A stretch of 64,000 nt of DNA from Catajapyx aquilonaris (taxonomy: Eukaryota): positions 124,001 to 188,000 of the forward strand of contig KZ537968.1 in NCBI GenBank assembly GCA_000934665.2. Reading direction: 5' to 3'. The notes below the pieces were generated by a model. It did no database searches and was not told the DNA's origin. It saw only the letters and a list, made by a program, of their open reading frames with translations. Shown here piece after piece: positions 43,414 through 55,261 of the stretch (positions within the stretch are counted from its first letter, which is position 1; each line of letters starts with the position of its first letter). Position numbers and translations under genes: made by a program.

Positions 43414-45654
43414 GTGCCAACTTCTAGTGTAAGTACTGACATTTCGAGGGGGCTACTGATCGAGAAGCTGTGGTTGTATCATCTCTATAAATCACATGAC
43501 TGTTTATATTATTTTTGACAAAAGAGTAATAAAATTGCAAAACAAAAATGAGTTATGAATTTCTGCTCTATGCCTACACAATGCGGCGGACGTGAACAAT
43601 ATTAATGAACATAACGACATTTATGGTCCCAAATGCAAGTTTCAAAATTATGCTGTGTTTCAAAATTATACACTTGAAATATGCAGGATTACAATAACTG
43701 CAGGCTACTATTATTTTGCGCTCGGTGTCGCACAGAATAATAATCGCCTATGCAGTATATGGTTTTATGCATAATTAGAGATACTTTAAATCAGCAGATG
43801 TCCATTGTACGCACACAAAAAACGGAACCCCCTTGCATTTGGCAACAGTATGAATAAAATTGTGCTTTAAAGAGTGCGACTCAAGGTCTGACTGTGAGAT
43901 AACACAGGATGTGGCCAGTGGATGAAGGACGAAACTTGACCCAACAACAAGAAACTGCTCTAAAACCGAGCAAAAATAATTATAATTATTGTTGATTATA
44001 ACAGTCATCCTTCACAACACAGAGTAGACTATTAATTTTGTGTAGATTAGCCACTCCACTCATGAACGGTATGTGAGCAACATCGTACGTAAGTAGTCTA
44101 ACTTTATAAACTGCCTTTGAATAATATATTTCAACCATTTGAATAATTCCCAGCTGATTGTCACTAATGGTAATTGAGGCGACAGCACAACTTGTGGGAG
44201 CAGAATTATTATAAACTGTGATTGGAATTGTCAGAGATGATTCCACATTTTAGCCTGATTCATCGGCGTCATGATTCATAAAGCCAGATTGAAAATATCA
44301 CCGGATGTACAGTACGGGTATATCAAGTGTGTATCATCGGGCAAAATACTCCCAAAAATACTTACAAAATATATTCCGACTCTAGGTTTTAAAATCCATA
44401 AAATCCTTACTCTTTGTGCATGCCACTCATGTTGCTCATTTTTGAGTGGCACCATAAATCAGGCGAGGAAGTATTTAGCGCAATGACTGTCTTTCAAGAA
44501 AGGCAGTCTCATAGCAGCGTGAAATGACACCACTTCCGATGAACTGCTTCAAAAATCTTAAAGTATTTAAATAATCGCTTAAGAGGTTTAGCATCATGTG
44601 ACATTTCGTGAGGCTGACTTGTACACGGTTTATGTAACATGACAAAAAATGTAGCACTGACCTCATATTATACATATTTTACAGCCTACAGCAATAGTGC
44701 CAAGTTGGCAAGTGTCCCGCAAGACACGCTGGAAATCACTAATAGGAATTTTGTTAATGGTCGAGTGGGGGAAAACCACTGCTATCTACATTGGTGAACT
44801 AGCAGAGAACTGAGGTCACAGTGTGCAGAAGCCAAATGCCAAGTAGCTTCTATACTTACATGGTAGCTGAAAAATAATGCCATCAGTATATATGGAGATA
44901 TGTTTAAAAAATTTCATCGTATTGATGGCATGCAATGGTCCATCTATGACAATGGACCTAGGTCACAAAAATTGGGCAGATAAGGCCACGAGAATGTACT
45001 TGTAGGAAGGACATGAAAATTACTCCTTTGGCATTATGCCACTTGCACATGACTATGTGTCTGCGCAAGCAGATAACTGTTCTACAGCTAGGCTCGATTG
45101 GTGGGCAGGAAGCACAGGGTAGTAAATATAATACAGGATATTGTACGCAATTGAAATTATTGATATGCAATTGCAATAGAAGTGCTCCGCTTGGTTTGCT
45201 GTTTCTGATACCATACTGAATTGTCATTTGAAGCAGTAACTTTGCATGGAATAACGACTTGTAGTGGTTATCAAAAATATCAGGCCCAATTTAACTCTTT
45301 ATCCCATATATGTATTGCAATTAGTTTCCTATTGCCAATGTGCAATGTTTCATTGCCGGCATTGAACTTCAATGGCAGAATCCAATTTTTCGGGAAGGAT
45401 AACATTGTCAATATTCAGGAGTTTAAATCTAATTTTAACTTCATGCGGTTCTGTCATAAAATGATTCATAGTCAGCCTATCACCATGCGCGGGAAAGTCC
45501 CACAGATGCCTTCAGACGAGATGATTCGTTCCCTCAGCACCCCCTGATTACTGTAGACCACATTCTAACCAGACATAAAAATAGCGAGCCCTTCACCCTG
45601 CCCTTCGGAGCTGTTCAAGCGTGCCACATCGGCAATGTTCAAAGCCAAGTCAAG

Positions 45655-48118
45655 ATGCCTAAAAAATCACAGGCAGTTGGCATTGACCTGGGAACGACAT
45701 TTTCGTGCGTAGCTGTGTGGGCTCACGGGAAAATAGAGATCATCCCAAATAATCAGGGAAATCGGATTACTCCCAGTTACGTCGCCTTTACAGACACCGA
45801 GAGACTCATCGGAGACGCTGCCAAACAACAGGTGAGCAACATTCTACGTGTACTCTGTACAGCATGAAAATTAATAACTATACAAGGTTATTCCAAAATG
45901 TAGTCACTTCAATTGCCATTACGGTCACATTAATGAGTTACTGCCATACGTATAATAATATTACGTATTATGCACTGTAAGTGAGTAATAATAATAAATC
46001 TTAATGTCAGTGGGCAGGCAATACTTTTATGAAAATCTTACATTTGGAGGTGATTAGTGTGTAAAATAAATGGCAGACAGTAATAATGTTCAATTGCGTG
46101 TCAGGTGGCCTTGAACCCCAAAAACACTGCTTATGATGCGAAGCGCCTAATTGGAAGGACCTTCGACGACCCCAATGTTCAAGATGACATGAAGCTTTGG
46201 TCTTTCCGAGTCGTAAAACACTCCGATGGCAGACCTAAGATTGAATTGGAGTACCAGTACGAGCAGAAGTCATTCTACCCGGAGGAAATCAGCTCCATGG
46301 TCCTGGGATGCATGAAAGAAACGGCCGAGACCTATCTGGGTGCGGAAGTTACCGACGCAGTAATCACAGTACCTGCGTACTTCAACGACGCCCAACGTGA
46401 GGCCACGAAATTTGCTGGAGTCGCCGCAGGTCTCAACGTGCTTCGAATAATCAACGAGCCAACAGCGGCGGCCATTGCTTATGGGCTGGACAAGAAGTTG
46501 AAATGTAGTAAGATCTTCATCTATGACCTGGGTGGAGGCACCTTCGACGTGTCTGTTCTGGACATAAAAGACATGAAGTTCGAAGTGCTGGCCACCGGTG
46601 GGAACACTCACTTGGGCGGAGAGGATTTCGACAACCGACTGGTCAGCTTCTTCATGAAAGAGTTTAAACGCAAGTATAAGAAGGACATTTCGGACAATGC
46701 GAAGGCCCTGCGACGACTCCGGACAGCATGCGAATTAGCCAAGAGGACACTGTCCTCCGCCAGTGAAGCATGTGTGACTGTCGACAGCCTCTTTGACGGA
46801 GTTGATTTCAATGAGAAGGTACGAATCGTATGTAAGGTCAAGGTACTTTGGATTCTCGGGAGAGTAATAATTGGTATTTTTTTTAACAATTTCAGATAAG
46901 GAGAGCCAGATTCGAAGAGCTTTGTATTGATCTGTTCCAGAAGACACTACAGACGATGGAACAGGTACTGATAGATGCCAAAGTGACAAAGAACGACATA
47001 GATGACGTGGTCCTGGTGGGTGGTTCCACTCGCATTCCCAAAATAAGAAAGCTGGTTGAAGACTTTTTCGATGGCAAGACGTTGAACAAGAGCATCCATC
47101 CTGACGAAGCAGTCGCCTACGGAGCCGCTGTCCATGCCGCCGTCCTCCATGGTGACCAATGCGACTCAATCAAGAACGTGGTCCTGGAGGACGTCATCCC
47201 ATTGTCTCTGGGAGTGGAGAGGCTGGGAGAACTCATGAACGTGTTTGTGGAGCGAAACACCAAAATTCCATGCCGAAAAATGAAGACTTTAACCACCGTA
47301 ACAGACAATCAGAGAACCATCGCTTTCCCTGTAAGTATTTTATGGACATTGTTCAATAAGCACCTGAAATGCAGGACAATCACACTTTGGTCAGAGTTGA
47401 GATAGACATTGTGCAATCGAACTGTGTAATGGTCGTCATACTCTGTTTAGAGCAATGTTACTGTCCTCTAAATTTTGTTAAAAAATCCAATACGTAAATA
47501 TAATTATTGAAACCGTCATATCTAGAAATCATTTCATTGCAATGCTGATTGATCTGAATTAACATATCTTCATATGCGAGATCCTGCTGATTTTAAAAGG
47601 ATGTTTCATTAATTCTTTAGGTGTACGAGGGTGAACGAGGTTTGACAAAGGACAACCACCTCCTGGGCACTTTTGAGCTGACCGGATTTCCTTTGGTACC
47701 GGCAGGTGTGCCTAATTTCGACGTTACGTTCGACATTGACGCCAACGGAATTCTTAACGTAACGGCAGTCAACACTGAAACAGGTTTAAGTAATCAGTTC
47801 GTGATACAAAACAGCAGGGGACGAAGCCAGGCTGAGATTAAGCAGATTCTGGAGGATGCAGAGAAATTCCGCGAAGAAGATAGGAAGAACCAAGAGAGGA
47901 TTGTTGCCAGAGAAACTCTCAGTAACGCCATTGACAGAGTGAAGCAAAAACTGCAATCAATTGACGACGGAGAGAAACCTGAACTTAAGCAGACGACAGT
48001 GGAGTTTTTGAAGAAATGCGACGAGCTGTCCGAATGGATTGATGCAAATAAGTTGGCAGAAAAAGAAGAGTATGAGTATCAGATGTCTGAGCTGATGGAG
48101 GCCTTTCTAGAGATGTGA
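45655..48118 (+). CDS. HSP70: Heat shock protein 70 family member, cytosolic-type but divergent and lacking C-terminal EEVD; 4 exons, about 607 aa
   Basis: Exons 45655-45831, 46105-46818, 46896-47330, 47621-48118; three phase-0 GT-AG introns. Hsp70 signatures [22 protein letters not shown] and [15 protein letters not shown], plus [31 protein letters not shown] and [12 protein letters not shown]. Confidence 0.96.
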
Positions 48119-48421
48119 CGTGCTGTGCATGAAGGAAAATTCATCAAATGTTGGAGTGCAATCGTGTTTAAGACTAGTCTGGAAGGCAGGAAGGAGTCGC
48201 AATATTATGTACATATTTTACAGGGTGTATCACTGTGTCAGCGTTAGGCCTACTGGCTGGTGTTTCAACATTTCAGGGCATCATGGCCTGCAGTTCTACT
48301 TACCCTGTATTTCTATACAAGTTTCCTATAGCCTTATCCTTCAAAAAAATGAGTAGAAGGCCAAATATTTGGTTTATCACCCAACCTTCTGACCTATTCA
48401 TCATTCTGTTATTTTTCTATA

Positions 48422-48427
48422 AATAAA
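48422..48427 (+). promoter_or_regulatory. Candidate polyadenylation signal of the Hsp70 gene
   Basis: AATAAA about 300 nt after the stop codon and just before the calpain-7 promoter motifs. Confidence 0.5.
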
Positions 48428-48625
48428 TTTACGAGACGCAACAATATTTATGATAGTATTTTATTAATAAGTCATTATCATAAGATGGAAAACCCGTCGC
48501 AAATGTGGGAAAGTTTTTTTTTTTTTAATTTCCCATATTCAGAGCGGCCACTGAATTTGTACGGGTGTGGAATAAAAGGGTTGATTCAATTTCATAAGTG
48601 CTATTTTTAGCGGGCATTACCCTGA

Positions 48626-48881
48626 CGGAAGTGACGTCATGTGTAAGTGCAATGTGTGTTGCGCATTTTCCTTGTCGATTTATTACTCGTGCTTTCGTTT
48701 GAAGTTTTAATATCTGGCGCCATTATTTTAGTTAAAATGTTTTGTGTGGGCTGTGAAATAATAAGTCTGGCTACGCGCCCTTCCCTGCCTGTGGAATCCA
48801 ACATGGCTGCCTCCATTGCCTCGAATGCCTCCAAGGCTCTTTGCGATTGACCAAAAACCAGGAAGTACTGAGCAAACCAAG
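48626..48881 (+). promoter_or_regulatory. Calpain-7 promoter and non-coding first exon
   Basis: CGGAAGTGACGTCA (overlapping ETS and CRE) at 48626-48639. YY1-like GGCGCCATT near 48716 and CAACATGGCTGCC near 48799. Strong donor AAG|gtaagt at 48881/48882 with acceptor tttcag ending at 49014. Confidence 0.65.
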
Positions 48882-49030
48882 GTAAGTTTATTGCCAGTGT
48901 CCCGACTAGGCCCTCCCACATCTGATTACGAAATATTTGGCATATTTAAATAATTAAGGAGGGATGGACTAGCATGAATTATTGCTGAATGACCTGTGAT
49001 GTGACCTGTTTCAGTTTGCCTGGAAGAAGG

Positions 49031-52000
49031 ATGGATGAGAAGCAGGAAGGGCTGGTGAGCGATGCGATTGGGTTTGCCTCCCGTGCAGTCCACTTTGACC
49101 GGGAGGGCAACCACGAGGCGGCCGTGTACTACTACAGACAGGCTGCCTTCCTCCTCCGCAATGCCACGGCGCAGAGGTCGGAGGAGCAGTCCCAGGAGAG
49201 TTTGATCTCCAGGGCGAAGGAGTACCTGGACAGGGCTGACGTCCTGGAGAGGGCTGTCCAGCAGGCCAAGGCGGAAGCTGCTAACAAGCCCAGGGGACAG
49301 TCCGAGCTGGAGAGGGCCTACTTTCTGCTCAGCCAGGGATTAGACGAGGATGAGGGTGGGAACAAGGAAGAAGCGCTGGAGCTGTATTACCAGGCTGTAG
49401 AGTTGTGCTTAAATGCTGTGAGTGTATTTGACATTATTTTATTAGTGCATAATAATTCACTTGTCATTTTACACCTATATTTTTTCAAGTTTTACATGTA
49501 CATGATTCATTGTCATGCAAACTACTGCTGGTAGTGTAAGTAGAAAGGGAAAGGTACAAAAAACTGGTTGTTCACCTTGCCATCGAGAAACACTGAACAC
49601 ACTAGGGAGGCTATAATTTCAGATGTGGAATCAACTGACACAAAGTTGTTATTACAAATAGTAAATATTCAGTAAGGAAGTTGCCTCCATAGATAATGTC
49701 AACCAATTAGGGTATGGCATACTGAAAATCATGCATGTTGGCTTCTGAATGTGTGAGAGGATTAACAGGCTTGTATGTTTTCTAGCGCAAGAGCACGTCG
49801 GACGTTGAACTCCAATCCAAGCTGACTCGAGTAGCTGAGCAAACCTTAGAGCGTGCTGAGCGTCTCAAAGGCATCAAGCCCGAAGCACCTTCGCCACCAT
49901 CTCCTCCGTCACCACCTCCTCAAGACACTGTTGCACCTTTGAAGGCGCTCAACCTTGCTGATTCCTCCCGCTCCTCACGCCCTACACTTCATCGGGGCAG
50001 TAGTGCCCATTTGCGTGTTTCTGGAAGCGATTCGTACACGGAGGAGGAGAAGCAAGTGCTGCGGATGACATCTCTCATCAACGGGCGTGAATATGTCCCT
50101 TTCATGAGTGTTGACCTTCATGAGAGGTTTGCATACCCTTTGCCGTTCACGGATAAGGATGGGCGGCTGATTCTATCGCCAAAGCAGATAACTTCATTTT
50201 CACACTGGGCCAGACCTGAAGAACTATGCAAAAATCCTGTGATGGTTCAAGTGATTGATTGCTTCAGTATCAAACAGACTGTAGTCTCAGACTGCTCCTT
50301 TGTGGCATCTCTTGCTGTTGGGGCACTCTATGAGAAGCGATTTGGAAAGCGTGTTATAACTTCTATTATTTATCCCCGTAACCGTGCAGGCGAGCCAGTA
50401 TACAATCCGTGTGGCAAGTACATGGTAAAACTGCACATTAACGGGGTGCCAAGAAAAGTGGTGATTGACGATCAACTTCCTTTGGGACGTCGGGGAGAGC
50501 TCCTGTGCTCTTACTCCACCAACAAAAATGAACTCTGGATCTCACTGTTAGAAAAAGCATACATGAAGGTCATGGGTGGATACAACTTTCCAGGATCAAA
50601 TAGCGTAAGTTAGATTTGTTCAGGAGTATGACATGTTGTATGCAATCAAGGCCTGACAACCAAACTACTTCCACAGAATATTGACCTGCATGCCCTGACT
50701 GGTTGGATACCTGAACGGGAATCCATCCGTCCATCTGACCCAGTCTTCAACAAGGATGGTCTGTTCAAGAAGCTTCATGACCGCATGCACAAGGGTGACG
50801 TCCTGGTAACCGTCGCCACAGGAGACCTGAGTGAGCAAGAGGCAGAGAGAGCAGGTCTTGTGCCTACCCATGCCTATGCTGTGCTGGACTCTCGTGAGGT
50901 GAATGGAATCAGACTGTTCCTTCTGAAGAACCCCTGGTCACACCTCCGCTGGAGAGGCAACTACTCAGAATTGGACACTGTTCATTGGACGAAGCAACTG
51001 CGCGAAGCCTTGAAGTTTGACCCAAACAGTGCATCAACTTTTGACAACGGAGTGTTTTGGATAGACTACGACAGTCTCTGCCAGTTCTTCGATGTGTTTT
51101 ACATGAACTGGAATCCTGGACTGTTCAAATTCACCTACTGCATTCACCAGTGAGTAAAAAAGTATTCTTGTCCCTAAACTTCAATATTTGAATGTTCAGG
51201 ATGCTACAGCACTTGGCATCTGGTTTAGTGGCAACAAATGACTTAACACATACTTACATGATGTCTCCAGTCAGTTTTCCTTTCTCAAAAGTTAAATGTG
51301 CATGTCAAAATATTCATCATTATCCATCATAATACTGGTCATTTTACATGAGTAGTACACCTGCTCATAGGTCAGGTGTGTAACCAAAATCTTTTAACAT
51401 ACACATTGTTACAGGACATGGAAGGCTGGGAGTGGCCCCATTAAAGATGCATTTAATATTGGGGACAATCCACAGTACTCTCTAGAAGTGAAGGCATCTG
51501 GTCCGGCTGCCTTGTGGATACTTCTCTCTCGTCACATCACTGAGTTGGAAGATTTCAAGGAGAACCAGGAGTACATCACTACGCTGGTGTACAAGAATGA
51601 CGGGAAGAAAGTGTACTATCCATGTGAGTTGGATTAATATTTACAGTATTGCTTTACTTATTTTCTTGATAACTTACAAAGAGATGGTAACATGTTGGAG
51701 CATGTTTGTAAAGAAATTTTTCAATTGATCCTGCTGTCCATGTGATAATTATCATCGCATTTCCCAAGTGTCAAAAGTCATTGCAATTGAGAGCAATATT
51801 GAACGTTTCAGATGATCCTCCACCACACATTGATGGTGTGAGAATCAACAGTCCTCACTACCTGTGCAAGATCAGCATAAGTGAAGCTGGGACATTCCGA
51901 TACACTGTGGTGGTGTCACAGTATGAAAAGATGAACACCATTCATTACACCTTGCGCTCATATTCCACATGTCCATTTTCCATGAGGAAAATTGGAAATC

Positions 52001-52790
52001 CTTTCAAGCACAAGCAGGAGGTATGTATACAACATTTATTTATTTTTATGCCATTTAAATTTTGGCAACCCTAATTTGCTCCAAGGAAAATCAAAGCAGA
52101 AGTTATGGCATACACAGTGATTCATTTGCTGTGCACCCATGTTTTTATTAATATCTCTGGATAGTTTGAATGTAACTGAGCTGTATCTATAGACTTGATG
52201 CCGTATATTGTGACAGGCAGACTACATTATGGATGTTGAAGGTAACATTTGTATGCAACGTCATATGGGAGAGATCTATTCGTAATTTCCTGTTTGTAAA
52301 GAGGATATGGATTTCATGCTTGCTTTGTTAGTTGCTACATCTTTTTGGGAAAAACATACCAAAGTTCTTAGTCACCTAACTGATGTCATTAATTTTGTTT
52401 GCAATGTAGGTCACGAATGGGAGCTGGTCTGGTCGACTTGCAGGAGGGTGTGCCAATCATCCTGACACGTACCCAAACAACCCATGCTACCAGATAATAC
52501 TAGAAGCTCCTGGAAACAACCATCAACTACTGGTCGACCTGAAAGGTCCCAAGAAGTATCAGGTGGGCTTTGACATTGCCTGCGTTGTTGCAAATGATTC
52601 CCAGGCTAGTGGATACTTCAAGAAAAAGTCCTCTGGTTCATTCAGAACTGGGTTTTCCATTTTGGAACTGGAAGACGTTCCTGCAGGAACATATAATATT
52701 ATACCATGCACATACTTGCCAGGTCAAGAAGGTCCTTTTTTTCTCACGGTTCAATCCTCATGCAAGTTTCGCCTTAGCAGGTTACAGTGA
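49031..52790 (+). CDS. CAPN7: Calpain-7 (PalB-like; tandem MIT domains, CysPc protease core, two calpain domain-III/CBSW modules), about 825 aa
   Basis: Coding exons 49031-49417, 49786-50604, 50677-51149, 51415-51623, 51812-52020, 52410-52790; phases consistent (2478 nt). Catalytic motifs [13 protein letters not shown] (Cys), PTHAYAVL (His) and LKNPW (Asn). MIT-like helices [17 protein letters not shown] and [17 protein letters not shown]. No penta-EF-hand domain. Confidence 0.96.
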
Positions 52791-53514
52791 TACTTGATCT
52801 GGGCACAGTGACATTCCCATTTCCTTGAGTGTCTGCTTTTAGTCACTTCTCTCCATGCAGACAGTGGTGAATACCAAGCCAAGTGAAGTTGTTATTACAC
52901 AGAGTATTGCATGCTTAAAGTTTTAATATTTTTTATTGTTGTGCATCAAGAAGATTTCAATAGTATTTCTATCTCTCTTGGGATGAATCAAATGCAGTAA
53001 AACCTTGATATGACGCTCTTCAAGGGACCGACCAAAAGCGTTATATGCAGGAAAATTCACCATATGGGCGTTACATCAGGGTTTTACTGGGTTCTTACTA
53101 CAATGTCACTCCCGCTTAGTTATTAATTCCATGTACCTAACTGTTGCCACTTTATCAGGTGCTATCAGCTACTATGCATAATTTTGAAATTTTGATTTTT
53201 CTCCTCACATGGACTTTATTTTTTGTATTTGTAATTACAACTATGACCAAAACATTTTTGCCGGTTTTCATGCAAAGATAAGGAGGTATACTATTCACTT
53301 TTTCCCATGGTATTACAATTCTAACTTTAAGTGTGAATGAAAATCACGGCAACAGACCTACTTGTGCTAATGTTCTCTGAATTAACAATGTCCATTAGAG
53401 AGATCATGTGTGGAGGATTTCTAATGTTGCGATATCCATATGCATTTTCTGACGAGCATCACTTCACTTTCAGAAAATAACAGTTGTTATCTTGTTGCTA
53501 ATTTTGTTGAAATG

Positions 53515-53520
53515 AATAAA
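53515..53520 (+). promoter_or_regulatory. Candidate polyadenylation signal of calpain-7
   Basis: First AATAAA I found after the CAPN7 stop codon at 52790. Confidence 0.45.
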
Positions 53521-53599
53521 GACTTTAAATTTAACAGTAACTTGCATATATTTTGATCATAAAAAAGAGTATGCATGACAGGAAATAATATCACCGATG

Positions 53600-55261
53600 T
53601 TACGATGCATCTCCACTCTTCATGAACTGTGTGTAGATAACTTTCCCCAGCTCCTTCCATGTCTGAGAAGTTCCATCCTCACTTCTAGTGTTAAATACTC
53701 GCCTAAGCAGTGCCTTTCGAGCTCCGTCATTCAAGTAGTTGTCCCACCAGCTCCAGAATTGCTAGGGAAATTATCAGAGTTGATAAGTACTCGCACTTGA
53801 TATTAGAACTGCCCTCAAATGTATGTCATTATTGTTAAGTGGACTTGTTTAATGCATAGGTAGAGGGGTGATCAACACAAGGAGTTATTATTTTTGCTAC
53901 ATATTGCCAAATTATTCATAGCATCATTACTCACCTGATATGTTAAGCAAGCAGATACAGATGGAGCTGGTGTGGTAGTTGGTGGTGCAGTGTAGGTTGG
54001 GTAAGTGTATGTCGGATATGTATATGTTGGATACGTATGGGTTGGGTGTGTATATGTTGGATATGTGTATGTTGGGTGTGTGTAGGTGTAAGTTGGGGGT
54101 GGAGGTGGAGTAGTAGTTGTAGGTGGGGGTGGGGGTGGAGTTGGATGGGTTTCGTTGTTCCATGGGCAGCACACTTCTGGAAACTTGATCTCCTGTCCTG
54201 GCTTGACGCAAGCAACTAAGCACATGAACCCAGCCAGATTGAGTTGTCCGTCAGTGGCAAACTTTATCTTAAAGTAGTCAGATGGTGATATGAACGGAGT
54301 CTGCCGTGACTGCCTCTGGCCACAGTACCTGTTGTATAAAGCACATTGCATTGCTAGTGGTGTCGTGATGTACCAGGCAAAGATATGGAATTAGAGGTAT
54401 TTTGCAGAAAGAAAAACAGAAAGACAGCAAGGCATCCCAATATCTCTCATATGCAAAATATGAATAGGATGTGACAGAAATTTTTTGCATTCCCATTTAG
54501 AAGCTACATTGACAGTATCCCACATAAGTTATACAACCCCAACCAACCTCAAGTTTCCAACATGGCTACTGAGTCTAACATAATCAGTTTTGCATCCATC
54601 ACTGAGCTCTATATCCATGCATGGACACTGGACGAATATCTGGCATGAAGAGGTGGCTTGAAAATTCCAGGTACACTGATCATCAGACAAGTAATTCTGG
54701 AGGCCAAAATTCTTGCTCTGAACTGTCGCCATGGCACCAGGGGGCATCCGGTAACGGCCACACTTCAACTCTACACATGAAGCATAACAAACACTTGAGA
54801 CGCAGTTGTAATGATGGAGGCACACATAATTCACTTCCTATTATATGACCAAGTGAAACATGCCCATCGCCACTACACATCAAGTGCATCTTTGTGTACA
54901 TGCATTGTAAGAAAACATGCAATGTATGAACTTACTTTCATTGAGGGAGAATGCCTTGAGAGTCCTCGCAAATCCTCTGTCTCGAGTCTTAGACTTGTGA
55001 ACCTCATTGGCCTCGGGCGGGTCATCTGGTTTGTCAAAAATGACCACCCCTTGTGACGACTCATTGGCAGCACTTACAAGCATATTCCCATGGAAGTTTA
55101 AGAATCTGGGGATCGGAACTGTCTTCCCTGGTGCTTCTTCATCACACTGCAAGGTCACTCCTAGGTCACTCCCAATTCCAGCACAAAATCCATTTTCTAC
55201 TTACCAGGACTGTGTCCAGGGTGTGGAGAAAGATAAGTACCAACACTGTGTTCCTCCTCAT
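53600..55261 (-). CDS. Secreted CUB-domain protein with a Pro/Thr/Tyr-rich repeat; 5 coding exons, about 348 aa
   Basis: Minus-strand exons: 55261-55205 (MRRNTVLVLIFLHTLDTVL, signal-like), 55146-54936, 54770-54548, 54328-53935, 53761-53600 (QFWSWWDNYLND...DAS*). All GT-AG, phases 0/1/2/0 consistent (1047 nt). CUB hallmarks: CG...VQSKNF...NY...QCTWNF, IELSDGCKTDYVRL, RYCG, IKFATDG...GFMC. Confidence 0.82.
53975..54150 (-). repeat. Coding low-complexity repeat: poly-Pro/Thr followed by about six PTYT(Y/H)-type pentapeptides
   Basis: PTPPPPPPTTTTPPPPPTYTYTHPTYTYPTYTHPTHTYPTYTYPTYTYPTYTAPPTTT; a 15-bp period is visible in the DNA. Confidence 0.9.

Noticed and set aside
46270..47308. Antisense ORFs over the Hsp70 exons
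   Set aside because: Long antisense frames are a familiar by-product of Hsp70 codon usage; there is no independent gene signal.
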